Assembly: GCF_000015805.1 (NCBI RefSeq)
Contig: NC_009073.1
Location: 630,001 to 662,000, forward strand
Direction of reading: 5' to 3'
DNA: 32,000 nucleotides
DNA from: Pyrobaculum calidifontis JCM 11548
GTDB taxonomy: Archaea > Thermoproteota > Thermoprotei > Thermoproteales > Thermoproteaceae
The notes under the pieces are model-generated. The model made no database searches. It worked only from the letters and a program-made list of their open reading frames with translations, and was not told where the DNA came from. Positions 8,657 to 15,884 of this stretch are shown piece by piece. Numbering within the stretch: position 1 is the first letter of the stretch; each line of letters opens with the position of its first letter. A program made the position numbers and the translations under genes.

Positions 8657-9351
8657 CTGAGCCCAAGCTGACGCCTGCACAGAGGCTCGTGCTGTACTAC
8701 ATGGCGTTTGAGGCGGTTTACCACGGGAAGACGTGGTTCACCTTCGACGAGATTAAGAGGGGCACTGGGCTCGCAGTGAGGACCCTCAGGGCAGCCCTCG
8801 TGGCCCTAAGGCGCCGCGGCTACATAGAGAGCTACCTAGTCCCCGGCGCGGGAAGGCGGCTGTTGCACAGACTCAGGCTCGACAAATTCCTCCCCGAGCC
8901 AGAGCTGGAGGGCGTATACCTAGTCGACATGGCAGGCGACGTACTATCTCCAGACGCAGTCGCCGTAGTCACCAGGGCTGACGTAGTGCTGTACACGGAG
9001 TCAGTCCCACGGAGGAAGCTGGAGGGATTGGCAAAAAGGCTAGAGCCGTTCAACGGCCAACTCCCAGAGGCAAAGTCTGTCGCTATAGTCTTCAACTCGC
9101 TGGCAGACTGGGAGAAGGTGGCCCCTCTGGCAGCCAAGGCCAAGTACATATGCGCCTCAAACGTGTTAGACAAGGCAGTGGGCGTCTGCCTCACCTGCGG
9201 AAACGTGGATATCGACTTGCGCACTATCAGAATCAAGACCCCTGGCCCCGACGTGGAGAAGCTACTAGCTGACTACGACGTATTAGGTACAGTGGTAGTG
9301 GAGAGTTGCGGCGGCCGAAAGGCCGAGCTGTTAATACTGAAGAAGCGTTAG
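8653..9351 (+). CDS. Winged-helix DNA-binding protein fused to an uncharacterised alpha/beta domain
   Basis: The N-terminal LTPAQRLVLYYMAFE...FDEIKRGTGLAVRTLRAALVALRRRGYIE looks MarR/wHTH-like. The C-terminal GVYLVDMAGDVLSPDAVAVVTRADVVLYTE faintly resembles the N-terminal motif of tetrapyrrole-methylase-fold proteins but lacks GPGD. It overlaps the PLP gene as ATGA (8653-8656). Confidence 0.6.
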   Translation: MTEPKLTPAQRLVLYYMAFEAVYHGKTWFTFDEIKRGTGLAVRTLRAALVALRRRGYIESYLVPGAGRRLLHRLRLDKFLPEPELEGVYLVDMAGDVLSPDAVAVVTRADVVLYTESVPRRKLEGLAKRLEPFNGQLPEAKSVAIVFNSLADWEKVAPLAAKAKYICASNVLDKAVGVCLTCGNVDIDLRTIRIKTPGPDVEKLLADYDVLGTVVVESCGGRKAELLILKKR

Positions 9352-9443
9352 TTATCACATCACTTGTCCGTCCCGTTAAGGTCTAACAAGCCAAACGTCG
9401 AACCACTTGGGATTAGTCCGTCTGCAAGATGCCTTCGGATATG

Positions 9444-10166
9444 CTACTGCTGAGGAACGTGTTCGCAATGGCCGGCCAGGGTGATTTCTTCAAAGGCCAT
9501 GTGTTTTAAGTCAACCACTAGTAGTTTCCCCGCCAGCTTTGGCGCCCCAATCGCCGTGTTGAACACCTCTAGGGCCATTAGAGAGGAGACTACGCCCACC
9601 ACGGGCCCCAGCACTGGGCAGACCCCCGCCGCGCATGCTGGAAGCTCTCTAAATTTTCCAAACAGCTCCTCTAGGCAGGGCGTCTTCCCCGGCAGAATAG
9701 TGGTGACGTGGCCGTACCACTCTTGCACGGCGCCGTGGATTAAAGGCCTCCTGAGGACAAGCGCGGCCCCGTTGACGACGTGGCGGCTGGCCCAATTGTC
9801 TAACGCGTCGACCCCAATGTCGGCCCTCTTCAAGACATCTTTGGCCAACTCGGGGCTTATGGCCTCGGCCACGGCCTCTACCTCGACCTCTGGGTTCACC
9901 TCCCGGAGCACTCTAGCCGCCACCTCCGCCTTAGGCTTCCCCACATCGTGTGTGGCATAGAGAATCTGCCTGTGCAAGTCGGGGAGAGACACGGTGTCGA
10001 AGTCCACCAAGATCACGCGCCTAAACCCGCCGCCGACCACGTAGCGTGCAATAAGCGTCCCAAGGCCCCCCACGCCAAATATGGCAACAGACGTATTTCT
10101 AATGGCCCTCTGCCCCTCTTCCCCAATCACGGGCAACTGTCTACTATACCGGTCTAAGACCTTCAC
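9444..10166 (-). CDS. ThiF/MoeB/HesA-family E1-like adenylyltransferase
   Basis: LDRYSRQL, the nucleotide loop FGVGGLGTLIARYVVGGG, VILVDFDTVSLPDLHRQ, and PCLEELF...C...VLGPVVGVV are all present. There is no rhodanese domain. The likely start is GTG 10166, with TTAAATAT 21-28 nt upstream on the minus strand. The ORF-track start is TTG 10175. Confidence 0.85.
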   Translation of the reverse strand: MKVLDRYSRQLPVIGEEGQRAIRNTSVAIFGVGGLGTLIARYVVGGGFRRVILVDFDTVSLPDLHRQILYATHDVGKPKAEVAARVLREVNPEVEVEAVAEAISPELAKDVLKRADIGVDALDNWASRHVVNGAALVLRRPLIHGAVQEWYGHVTTILPGKTPCLEELFGKFRELPACAAGVCPVLGPVVGVVSSLMALEVFNTAIGAPKLAGKLLVVDLKHMAFEEITLAGHCEHVPQQ

Positions 10167-10261
10167 CGTGGACAATTACATGAGCATATTTAATTCCTCC
10201 TCCCCCCGCCGCGTCGCCTTTCCTCATTTTTATACCCCTACCCTTCTGCGGCCATGGGGTC

Positions 10262-11623
10262 GTGGAGTCTCTCGTAGTCTCTTTCCTGGCTTTGCTGGCC
10301 ACTTACGCCCGGATGGCGCTGGGGCTTGTGGTCTCAATAGCCGTGGCGTACGCCCTCGGCTACGCCATGGCCAAGAGCAGGAGGGCCGAGGCCGTGCTCC
10401 TCCCCTTCTTAGACGTGATGCAGTCTGTCCCCATTTTGGGCTTTTTCCCCGTGGCGCTTTTCGTCTTTGTTTCCTTCTTCCCGCGCATCGGCGCCGAGCT
10501 TGCGGCGGTGTTTTTAATATTTACGTCGATGGCTTGGAACATAATCTTCGGCGTCTACCAAGCGCTTAAGACTCTGCCGCGGGAGTATCTGGAGATGGCT
10601 AGGCTATACCTCAACGAGAGGCTGGAGATCGCCCACGTCGTCATACCATTCACTCTGAGGAGCCTCTACTACAACGCGGCGATTTCTTGGGCAAACGCCT
10701 TCTTCTTCATAACCGCCTCCGAGGTCATAACCCTGGGCACCGAGATCCACCTCTTCGGCATCGGCAGTTTGGTCGTCAAAGCCTTTGAAGACGGCGACTT
10801 GGCCACGGCGTATGTGGGAATAGCCGTGGCCTTGTTGGGCAACGTGGCCCTCTACGCGCTGGTATGGAGGAGAGTTTTGACGCGTCTGCCCCAGCTGCCT
10901 TTTGTAGACCTGTGGCGCGTTTGGATGAAGTACGGCGCCTACGTGGTCTACGCGGCCATTCTTCTACTGGCGTATCTATTCGCCGAGTATGTAGCAACGG
11001 CCCCCCTCTCGGCGGGCGGCTTCGCGGCGGCTGTGGCGGAGTCCACGTATTTATCCCTCTTCTCTTTGGCCAGAGTGCTTGCTGTGATCTTAATAAGTGC
11101 CGCGGTGGGCCTGGCGACGACGGCGCTGGTGGTGGAAAAGCCGAGCAGAGAAGTGGCCGTGTTTCCCGCCGTGGCGGTGCTTTCCTCAATCCCGCCCGTG
11201 TTTCTCTACCCCCTACTAGCCGCGTTTATAAAGGGGGAGATTCTCGTCTTGGTGCTCTTGCTCCCCGCCGCGGCGCTGTACACGGTCATAAACACGCTGG
11301 CCGCGTGGAGAGATGTGCCACGAGACTTGGCTAAGGCGTACCAAATATCCGGCTGGCTGTACCTCTGGCACATCCTCATCCCAGCCGCCCTCCCCTATAT
11401 CGCCACAGGTCTCCTCACCACGTGGGGCGGGGCGTGGAACGGGCTCGTCGTGGCCGAACCCTTTGCCGATGTGTCCGGGCTAGGCTCCTACATGGCCCAC
11501 GCCGCAGGTAGAGGCGACGTCAACGCGCTGTTTGCCTCCGTCGCCGTCATGACCGCAATCGTCGTGGCGACGAATAGGCTACTGTGGAGGAGGCTCTACC
11601 GCCTGGCGTCGCAATGGGCCTAA
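10262..11623 (+). CDS. ABC transporter permease, tandem-duplicated (NitT/TauT-type)
   Basis: 453 aa with two permease modules, each with an EAA-like loop (ALKTLPREYLEMARLY and AWRDVPRDLAKAYQISG). GTG 10262 is preceded by CATTTTTATACC (10225-10236). Confidence 0.8.
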   Translation: MESLVVSFLALLATYARMALGLVVSIAVAYALGYAMAKSRRAEAVLLPFLDVMQSVPILGFFPVALFVFVSFFPRIGAELAAVFLIFTSMAWNIIFGVYQALKTLPREYLEMARLYLNERLEIAHVVIPFTLRSLYYNAAISWANAFFFITASEVITLGTEIHLFGIGSLVVKAFEDGDLATAYVGIAVALLGNVALYALVWRRVLTRLPQLPFVDLWRVWMKYGAYVVYAAILLLAYLFAEYVATAPLSAGGFAAAVAESTYLSLFSLARVLAVILISAAVGLATTALVVEKPSREVAVFPAVAVLSSIPPVFLYPLLAAFIKGEILVLVLLLPAAALYTVINTLAAWRDVPRDLAKAYQISGWLYLWHILIPAALPYIATGLLTTWGGAWNGLVVAEPFADVSGLGSYMAHAAGRGDVNALFASVAVMTAIVVATNRLLWRRLYRLASQWA

Positions 11624-12348
11624 TAGACGTCGTCGGGGTAAAAAAGGCGTATGGAAGAGTGGTGGTATTCAACGGGATAGACCTCTCCGTGGAGCAAGGC
11701 GAGGTGGTGGCGTTGCTGGGCCCCTCGGGCTGCGGGAAGTCCACCCTCTTGAGAATGATGGCGGGCTTGGAGAAGCCAGACGCCGGCGTGGTGAAGTTCA
11801 GGGGCGAGCCCGTGGTAAAGCCCAGGCGCGAGATTGCCCTCATGTTTCAAAGCCCCACGCTCCTCCCGTGGAAGACCGCCCTCGACAACGTGGCCCTCCC
11901 GCTGGTGGCCAGAGGCATGGACTGGAAAGAGGCGCGAGAGGTGGCGCAGAGGTACCTCTCCTTCGTGGGGCTCTCGGGCTTTGAAGATGCCTACCCCAAG
12001 CAGCTCTCAGGCGGCATGCAGCAGAGAGTGGCGTTGGCCAGGGCGCTGGCGGTGGAGCCCGAGGTGTTGCTCCTGGACGAGCCCTTCTCCGCGCTGGACC
12101 CACTAACCGCGGAGAGCCTACGCGCCGAGCTCGTAAAGATGTGGCACGACAACTTAATCTCTGTGCACACCATGGTGCTTGTCACACACGCCGTAGACGA
12201 GGCCGTCTATATGGCCACTAGGGCCGTGGTTCTGACGACTAGGCCGGCCAAGGTGGCGGCAGACGTGAGAATAGACCTGCCCTACCCCCGCAACAGGAGG
12301 AGCCCCCAGTTCGAGAAATACGTCGACCTCCTCTACACCTACGTCTAG
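11614..12348 (+). CDS. ABC transporter ATP-binding protein (nitrate/sulfonate/taurine family)
   Basis: Walker A GPSGCGKST, signature LSGGMQQRVALARAL, Walker B LLLDEPFSALD and the H-loop VTHAVDE are all present. ATG 11614 overlaps the end of the permease gene by 10 nt. The ORF-track start at 11584 is less likely. Confidence 0.9.
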   Translation: MGLIDVVGVKKAYGRVVVFNGIDLSVEQGEVVALLGPSGCGKSTLLRMMAGLEKPDAGVVKFRGEPVVKPRREIALMFQSPTLLPWKTALDNVALPLVARGMDWKEAREVAQRYLSFVGLSGFEDAYPKQLSGGMQQRVALARALAVEPEVLLLDEPFSALDPLTAESLRAELVKMWHDNLISVHTMVLVTHAVDEAVYMATRAVVLTTRPAKVAADVRIDLPYPRNRRSPQFEKYVDLLYTYV

Positions 12349-12788
12349 GCCAGCTTTACCTCCTCCCCATCGATTTCAACCAGTTGGGCAAAGACAGCCC
12401 AGTCGAGGATCTTCCTCGCGTCCTCCTCGCCGTAGCCAAGAGACTCTATAAACTCCAACACCTCCTCAACGCTGGCGGATTTTACCTCAGCCACATACTC
12501 CACCAACTGCCTAAAGGGCTCCACAGAGGCAAGCTTACTCTTGAGATACTGCTGGAAGTTTTTCACCGGGCTCTCCACAGCCCTCTTGCCCTCTGGAGTG
12601 AGCTCCACGTCCCCACCAGAGAACTTGACCAAGCCAAGCGCCTCAGCTGCGTCAATTACGTGGGACAGGTCGCCCAAGTCTGCGTCAACTGCGTCGTTTA
12701 TGTACATGACGTCGGCCCGACCACCCAAGTGGTGCACCACTTTGAGAAACCCAAGGACTTGGTCAACCCCCACCGCGGGGAATTTCAC
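12345..12788 (-). CDS. Stand-alone AAA-associated C-terminal domain protein (the domain normally fused to NitT/TauT ABC ATPases)
   Basis: VLGFLKVVHHLGGRADVMYINDAVDADLGDLSHVIDAAEALGLVKFSGGDVELTPEGKRAV matches my recollection of the Pfam AAA_assoc_C pattern. The start is GTG 12788, about 26 nt from the TTATAAA box, or ATG 12809. Its stop overlaps the ATPase stop in the palindrome CTAG (12345-12348). Confidence 0.65.
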   Translation of the reverse strand: MKFPAVGVDQVLGFLKVVHHLGGRADVMYINDAVDADLGDLSHVIDAAEALGLVKFSGGDVELTPEGKRAVESPVKNFQQYLKSKLASVEPFRQLVEYVAEVKSASVEEVLEFIESLGYGEEDARKILDWAVFAQLVEIDGEEVKLA

Positions 12789-12869
12789 AAACGCAAGTGG
12801 GGCATCCATTTATAAGTTTTCAGCATGCCGCCACTCGTCACCACTCAGCACTCCAACCACTTCTTCACC

Positions 12870-13169
12870 CTAGGCGTACCTCTCCAAGTTCTCAATAGCC
12901 TCGGCGAAGCCCCTCCTCTTAAGCTCCTCCACATCCCTCTTGTCGTACTTATGCACTATGTCGCCCTTATCCTTCTCAAAATCCCACAGAGCCACAATAA
13001 CGTAGTCCCCCGCCTTGAGCCAAAGCTTCTTCCTCAGCCTACCCGGCAGACGCGCCACCCTTATCTCGCCGTCGGCACAGATAACCCTAAACCTCCCATC
13101 ACCCAGCATCTCCAACACCTTGCCAAGAACTTCCCCCTCCCCAGGGACTCTAAACTCAGACACGTGCAT
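12870..13169 (-). CDS. eif1A: Translation initiation factor aIF-1A
   Basis: The S1/OB signature GEVLGKVLEMLGDGRFRVICADGEIRVARLPGRLRKKLWLKAGDYVIVALWDF...GDIVHKY is present. In-frame candidate starts are TTG 13172, ATG 13169 and GTG 13163. GTG 13163 has the best spacing to the CTTTATAA box at 13185-13192. Confidence 0.9.
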   Translation of the reverse strand: MHVSEFRVPGEGEVLGKVLEMLGDGRFRVICADGEIRVARLPGRLRKKLWLKAGDYVIVALWDFEKDKGDIVHKYDKRDVEELKRRGFAEAIENLERYA

Positions 13170-13178
13170 CAAACACGC

Positions 13179-13263
13179 GGGGGGTTATAAAGTTGCCGGC
13201 CGACCCCCCAGCAAGGGCGCAGTTTTCCAGTGGGGCCGGCTCCACGGCGCCCCCGCCCCTTGC
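13179..13263. repeat. Nested GC-rich inverted repeats in the spacer between the TnpB-like gene and aIF-1A
   Basis: G6 13179-13184 pairs with C6 13204-13209. GCAAGGG 13211-13217 pairs with CCCTTGC 13257-13263. GGGGC 13232-13236 pairs with GCCCC 13249-13253. All were read directly from the sequence. Confidence 0.6.
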
Positions 13264-13265
13264 CG

Positions 13266-13997
13266 CTAGACGTTGGGGTAGTACAGCCTGAATATCTCCC
13301 TAAGCTCGGCCAATTGCCTCTCTCTTCCAAGCCTCCTCACGATGTTTCTGGCGAGGGCCCACACGGCGTTGACGTCTCGGTTGAGCTGGATTTTGCACTG
13401 GGGGCAGTACACCAGCCTGCCGCGCTTCTCCATCCTCCCCCCGCACAGCGGGCACACGTCGGAGATCATCGTGGTGTGAAGCTCCACGTAGTGCTCTCTC
13501 GCCAGTTCAAACACCTCAGAGAGCAGGTGCTGGAACTTGGGCATGTGCGGCAAATCCACTATGAGGATGTTTACGCCCTTCTTAGGGTGAAACGCCTCCT
13601 TGACGCCGTTTGCCACCCCCTTAGCCGCCAGCTCCACGTATCCCCCCATCCTAAACACCCGGTACATCACCCCGCCCTCGTTCACGTCCATGGCATGTAC
13701 AACCAGCGGAGACCCATCCACCATCTCGGGAAGCCCCACCTTCTCATCCCCCCTAACCAGGCGGACAATCACTCTATCCCCCCTCACCAAGGCCTCCGCC
13801 TTAGCCAGCCCATACGCCTCAACGTCGGTGTACGTGAGGCGCCAGCTCTTATACATGCAGATCGGCACGTCGCCTCCGTAGAGCGCCACAAAGGACTCCA
13901 CTACTTTAACCGCGCCGCCCAGCTCCACCACTGCGTAGTCTCCGCCCAACGCCTCCCTGGCCTTTGCCGCATCGCACTTAAGCGAGTACGTAAACAC
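13266..13997 (-). CDS. TnpB/OrfB-like (IS200/IS605 family) RuvC plus zinc-ribbon protein, N-terminally short (243 aa)
   Basis: The zinc ribbon CPLCGG-x11-CPQC is followed by NRDVNAVWALARN (RuvC-III-type signature). HAMDVNEGG is RuvC-I-like. FQHLLSEVFELAREHYVELHTTMISD matches the segment that precedes the zinc ribbon in TnpB. The start is GTG, and the frame upstream is closed at 14103-14105. Confidence 0.65.
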   Translation of the reverse strand: MFTYSLKCDAAKAREALGGDYAVVELGGAVKVVESFVALYGGDVPICMYKSWRLTYTDVEAYGLAKAEALVRGDRVIVRLVRGDEKVGLPEMVDGSPLVVHAMDVNEGGVMYRVFRMGGYVELAAKGVANGVKEAFHPKKGVNILIVDLPHMPKFQHLLSEVFELAREHYVELHTTMISDVCPLCGGRMEKRGRLVYCPQCKIQLNRDVNAVWALARNIVRRLGRERQLAELREIFRLYYPNV

Positions 13998-14250
13998 GGA
14001 GGTGAATGAGGGTACATTAAATACTATTTCAACGCGTAGCCGCCAAGCAGTTCTAAATCGGCGCTGGCGAACTGCGGTGTATTTGGACTGCGCCGCCTTA
14101 CCTCACTCGTGGCTAGGGCGTTGGTAGTTTCTGCAATCGCCTCGACGTGCCATGGGCACATATTTACCGCTGTAGTGCTGCCGACAGCCTTCTATCATTC
14201 CCCATATAGCCCTGGCTCAAAGCTTGCATAGGATTGTGGCCTTGCCCCTC

Positions 14251-14284
14251 GCCGCCTGTAGCCTCACCTTCTAAGGCAGGCGGC
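14251..14284. repeat. 8-bp perfect inverted repeat (hairpin)
   Basis: GCCGCCTG 14251-14258 pairs with CAGGCGGC 14277-14284, leaving an 18-nt loop. It lies inside a 345-bp non-coding region. Confidence 0.55.
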
Positions 14285-14375
14285 GCACAAGCCGTCAAAT
14301 ACAATACCACATACACATGTACATACAAGATGTCCCATTTAATTGAGGCTGCGCAAGTTGCACGTGACGACGTCC

Positions 14376-15884
14376 ATGTTCTTAAAGCTCTTGAAATACG
14401 ACGTTGGGTACGTCAAAAGGTATTGGGTGTACGCTGTGCCGTTTTACGTGACCTACGTCTTACTCGTCGTTTTTCAACTGCTTTTGAACTACCTGTTGAT
14501 GGTGTTAATCGACACTACTCTCGCGGCGGATTTCCACGCCGCAGTTTTCTACACCGCGGCCTTCCTCTCCACGCTGGGCGCCGCCATGGTCGTCAACTTC
14601 TTCACAGAGTACCTCTCCGACTTGTATAAGAAGGCCGTTGAGCTTGACTTGGCCCTCCGCGTTGTAGAGAGAAGGGTGGAGGACCCCTCTCGCCCGTCGG
14701 GGGAGGTCTTGTCTCGTGTCACCGCCGATTTGGAGAACGCCGTCTACGCAATTGCGACGCCGCTTTGGCTTTTCTTTGTGGTTGGGCGAGTGGCCGCGGT
14801 CGCCCTCTTCGCCTTTTGGCTTCAGCCCCTCTCCCTCCCCCTTATACTCCCCTTCGCCGCGCTCTACGCCGTTTTGATGAAGAGGGTGGGGCCACGCCTA
14901 TTGGACGCTAGGTCTAGGGAGAGGGAGGCCTACGGCGGCTGGTTCAAAAGGCTGAAAGAGGCTGTGGAGGGGGCACACAGCTTACACAGACTAGGCCTCA
15001 GGGGAGCGCCCAAGCTGTTGACAAACGCCACCGCCACATACTTCACCCAATTCAGGAGGTTCACGCTGTACAGCCGCTCCGCCTTCTTTCTCATGGAGAT
15101 ACCAGCCTACGTGGGGCCAAACCTCGTCTTCGTGGTGGCGCTGTTTTTGGCTCTGCAGGGGCAGGGCACTGTGGGCGGAGCCGTGGCTCTTAGAAATGTG
15201 TTAACCGGCCTCTTTGAGCCCATCGGCCACCTCATGTCCACGGTGGGCTCTTTTTACGTTATGGCCTCGTCTTTTCAGCGTATTGAGCCTCTTCTGCGCT
15301 CTGCACAACCCCGCGTTGTGAGGGGGGCCGTGGCGTATCTAAGGGACGCGGTCTTTTCTTACGACAACGGCGTAGTTGTGGAGGTGGTGGGTGAGGTGGC
15401 TGTTGAGGAGGGTGACTTCGTCTGGGTTAGGGGGCCTTCTGGGGCTGGGAAGTCCACCTTGGCTAAGGCGCTGTGTGGCCTTGTGGAGCCCGCCGGCGGC
15501 GTTGCGGTGGCGGCTGTGGACTGCGTCTACGTGGGCAACGACGACTACCTCTTCGACGCCACTGTGTACGAAAACATCGACCTTTGGGAGGGGAGGCCTA
15601 GGGGGGATGTGGAGTGGGCCGCCGCGGCGGCGGGGGTGGACTTCCCCTTGGACAAGAGGTGTGGGGAGGGGGGTAGGGAGCTCTCCGAGGGGCAGAGGCA
15701 GAGGGTCCTCATCGCCAGGGCTCTGCTGCGTAGGCCTAGGCTCCTCGTCCTCGACGAGGCCACCTCCGGCTTAGACAAGGAGCTAGAGGCAAAGGTGCTA
15801 CAAGCTGTGCGGCAGGCGGCAAAGGCGGTGGTAGTAGTGTCGCACAGAGACAGCCCAGCACAGTACAGCAACAAAATAATATGA
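14376..15884 (+). CDS. ABC exporter, fused TMD-NBD half-transporter (MsbA/MDR type)
   Basis: The N-terminus has about 6 TM segments. The NBD has Walker A GPSGAGKST, signature LSEGQRQRVLIARAL, Walker B LLVLDEATSGLD and VVVSHR. The start is ATG 14376, and the ORF-track start is TTG 14343. Confidence 0.85.
   Translation: MFLKLLKYDVGYVKRYWVYAVPFYVTYVLLVVFQLLLNYLLMVLIDTTLAADFHAAVFYTAAFLSTLGAAMVVNFFTEYLSDLYKKAVELDLALRVVERRVEDPSRPSGEVLSRVTADLENAVYAIATPLWLFFVVGRVAAVALFAFWLQPLSLPLILPFAALYAVLMKRVGPRLLDARSREREAYGGWFKRLKEAVEGAHSLHRLGLRGAPKLLTNATATYFTQFRRFTLYSRSAFFLMEIPAYVGPNLVFVVALFLALQGQGTVGGAVALRNVLTGLFEPIGHLMSTVGSFYVMASSFQRIEPLLRSAQPRVVRGAVAYLRDAVFSYDNGVVVEVVGEVAVEEGDFVWVRGPSGAGKSTLAKALCGLVEPAGGVAVAAVDCVYVGNDDYLFDATVYENIDLWEGRPRGDVEWAAAAAGVDFPLDKRCGEGGRELSEGQRQRVLIARALLRRPRLLVLDEATSGLDKELEAKVLQAVRQAAKAVVVVSHRDSPAQYSNKII

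Larger units (their letters stand above)
13173..14284 (-). mobile_element. Possible decayed IS200/IS605 (IS1341-type, tnpB-only) element
   Basis: A TnpB-like ORF is flanked by hairpin-forming inverted repeats on both sides (13179-13263 and 14251-14284). There is no tnpA and I could not define clear ends or a target duplication. This call is speculative. Confidence 0.25.

Noticed and set aside
10081-10569. A 162-aa plus-strand ORF spanning the thiF/permease divergent promoter.
   Set aside because: It overlaps the 5' ends of two well-supported genes, crosses a TATA-containing intergenic region, and is R/P/G-rich.
13230-14009. A 259-aa plus-strand ORF, longer than the TnpB-like ORF it overlaps.
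   Set aside because: The sequence is P/H/R/L-rich and low in complexity (…PHPKHPVHHPALVHVHG…), typical of an antisense shadow ORF in GC-rich DNA. The opposite strand carries recognisable zinc-ribbon and RuvC motifs.
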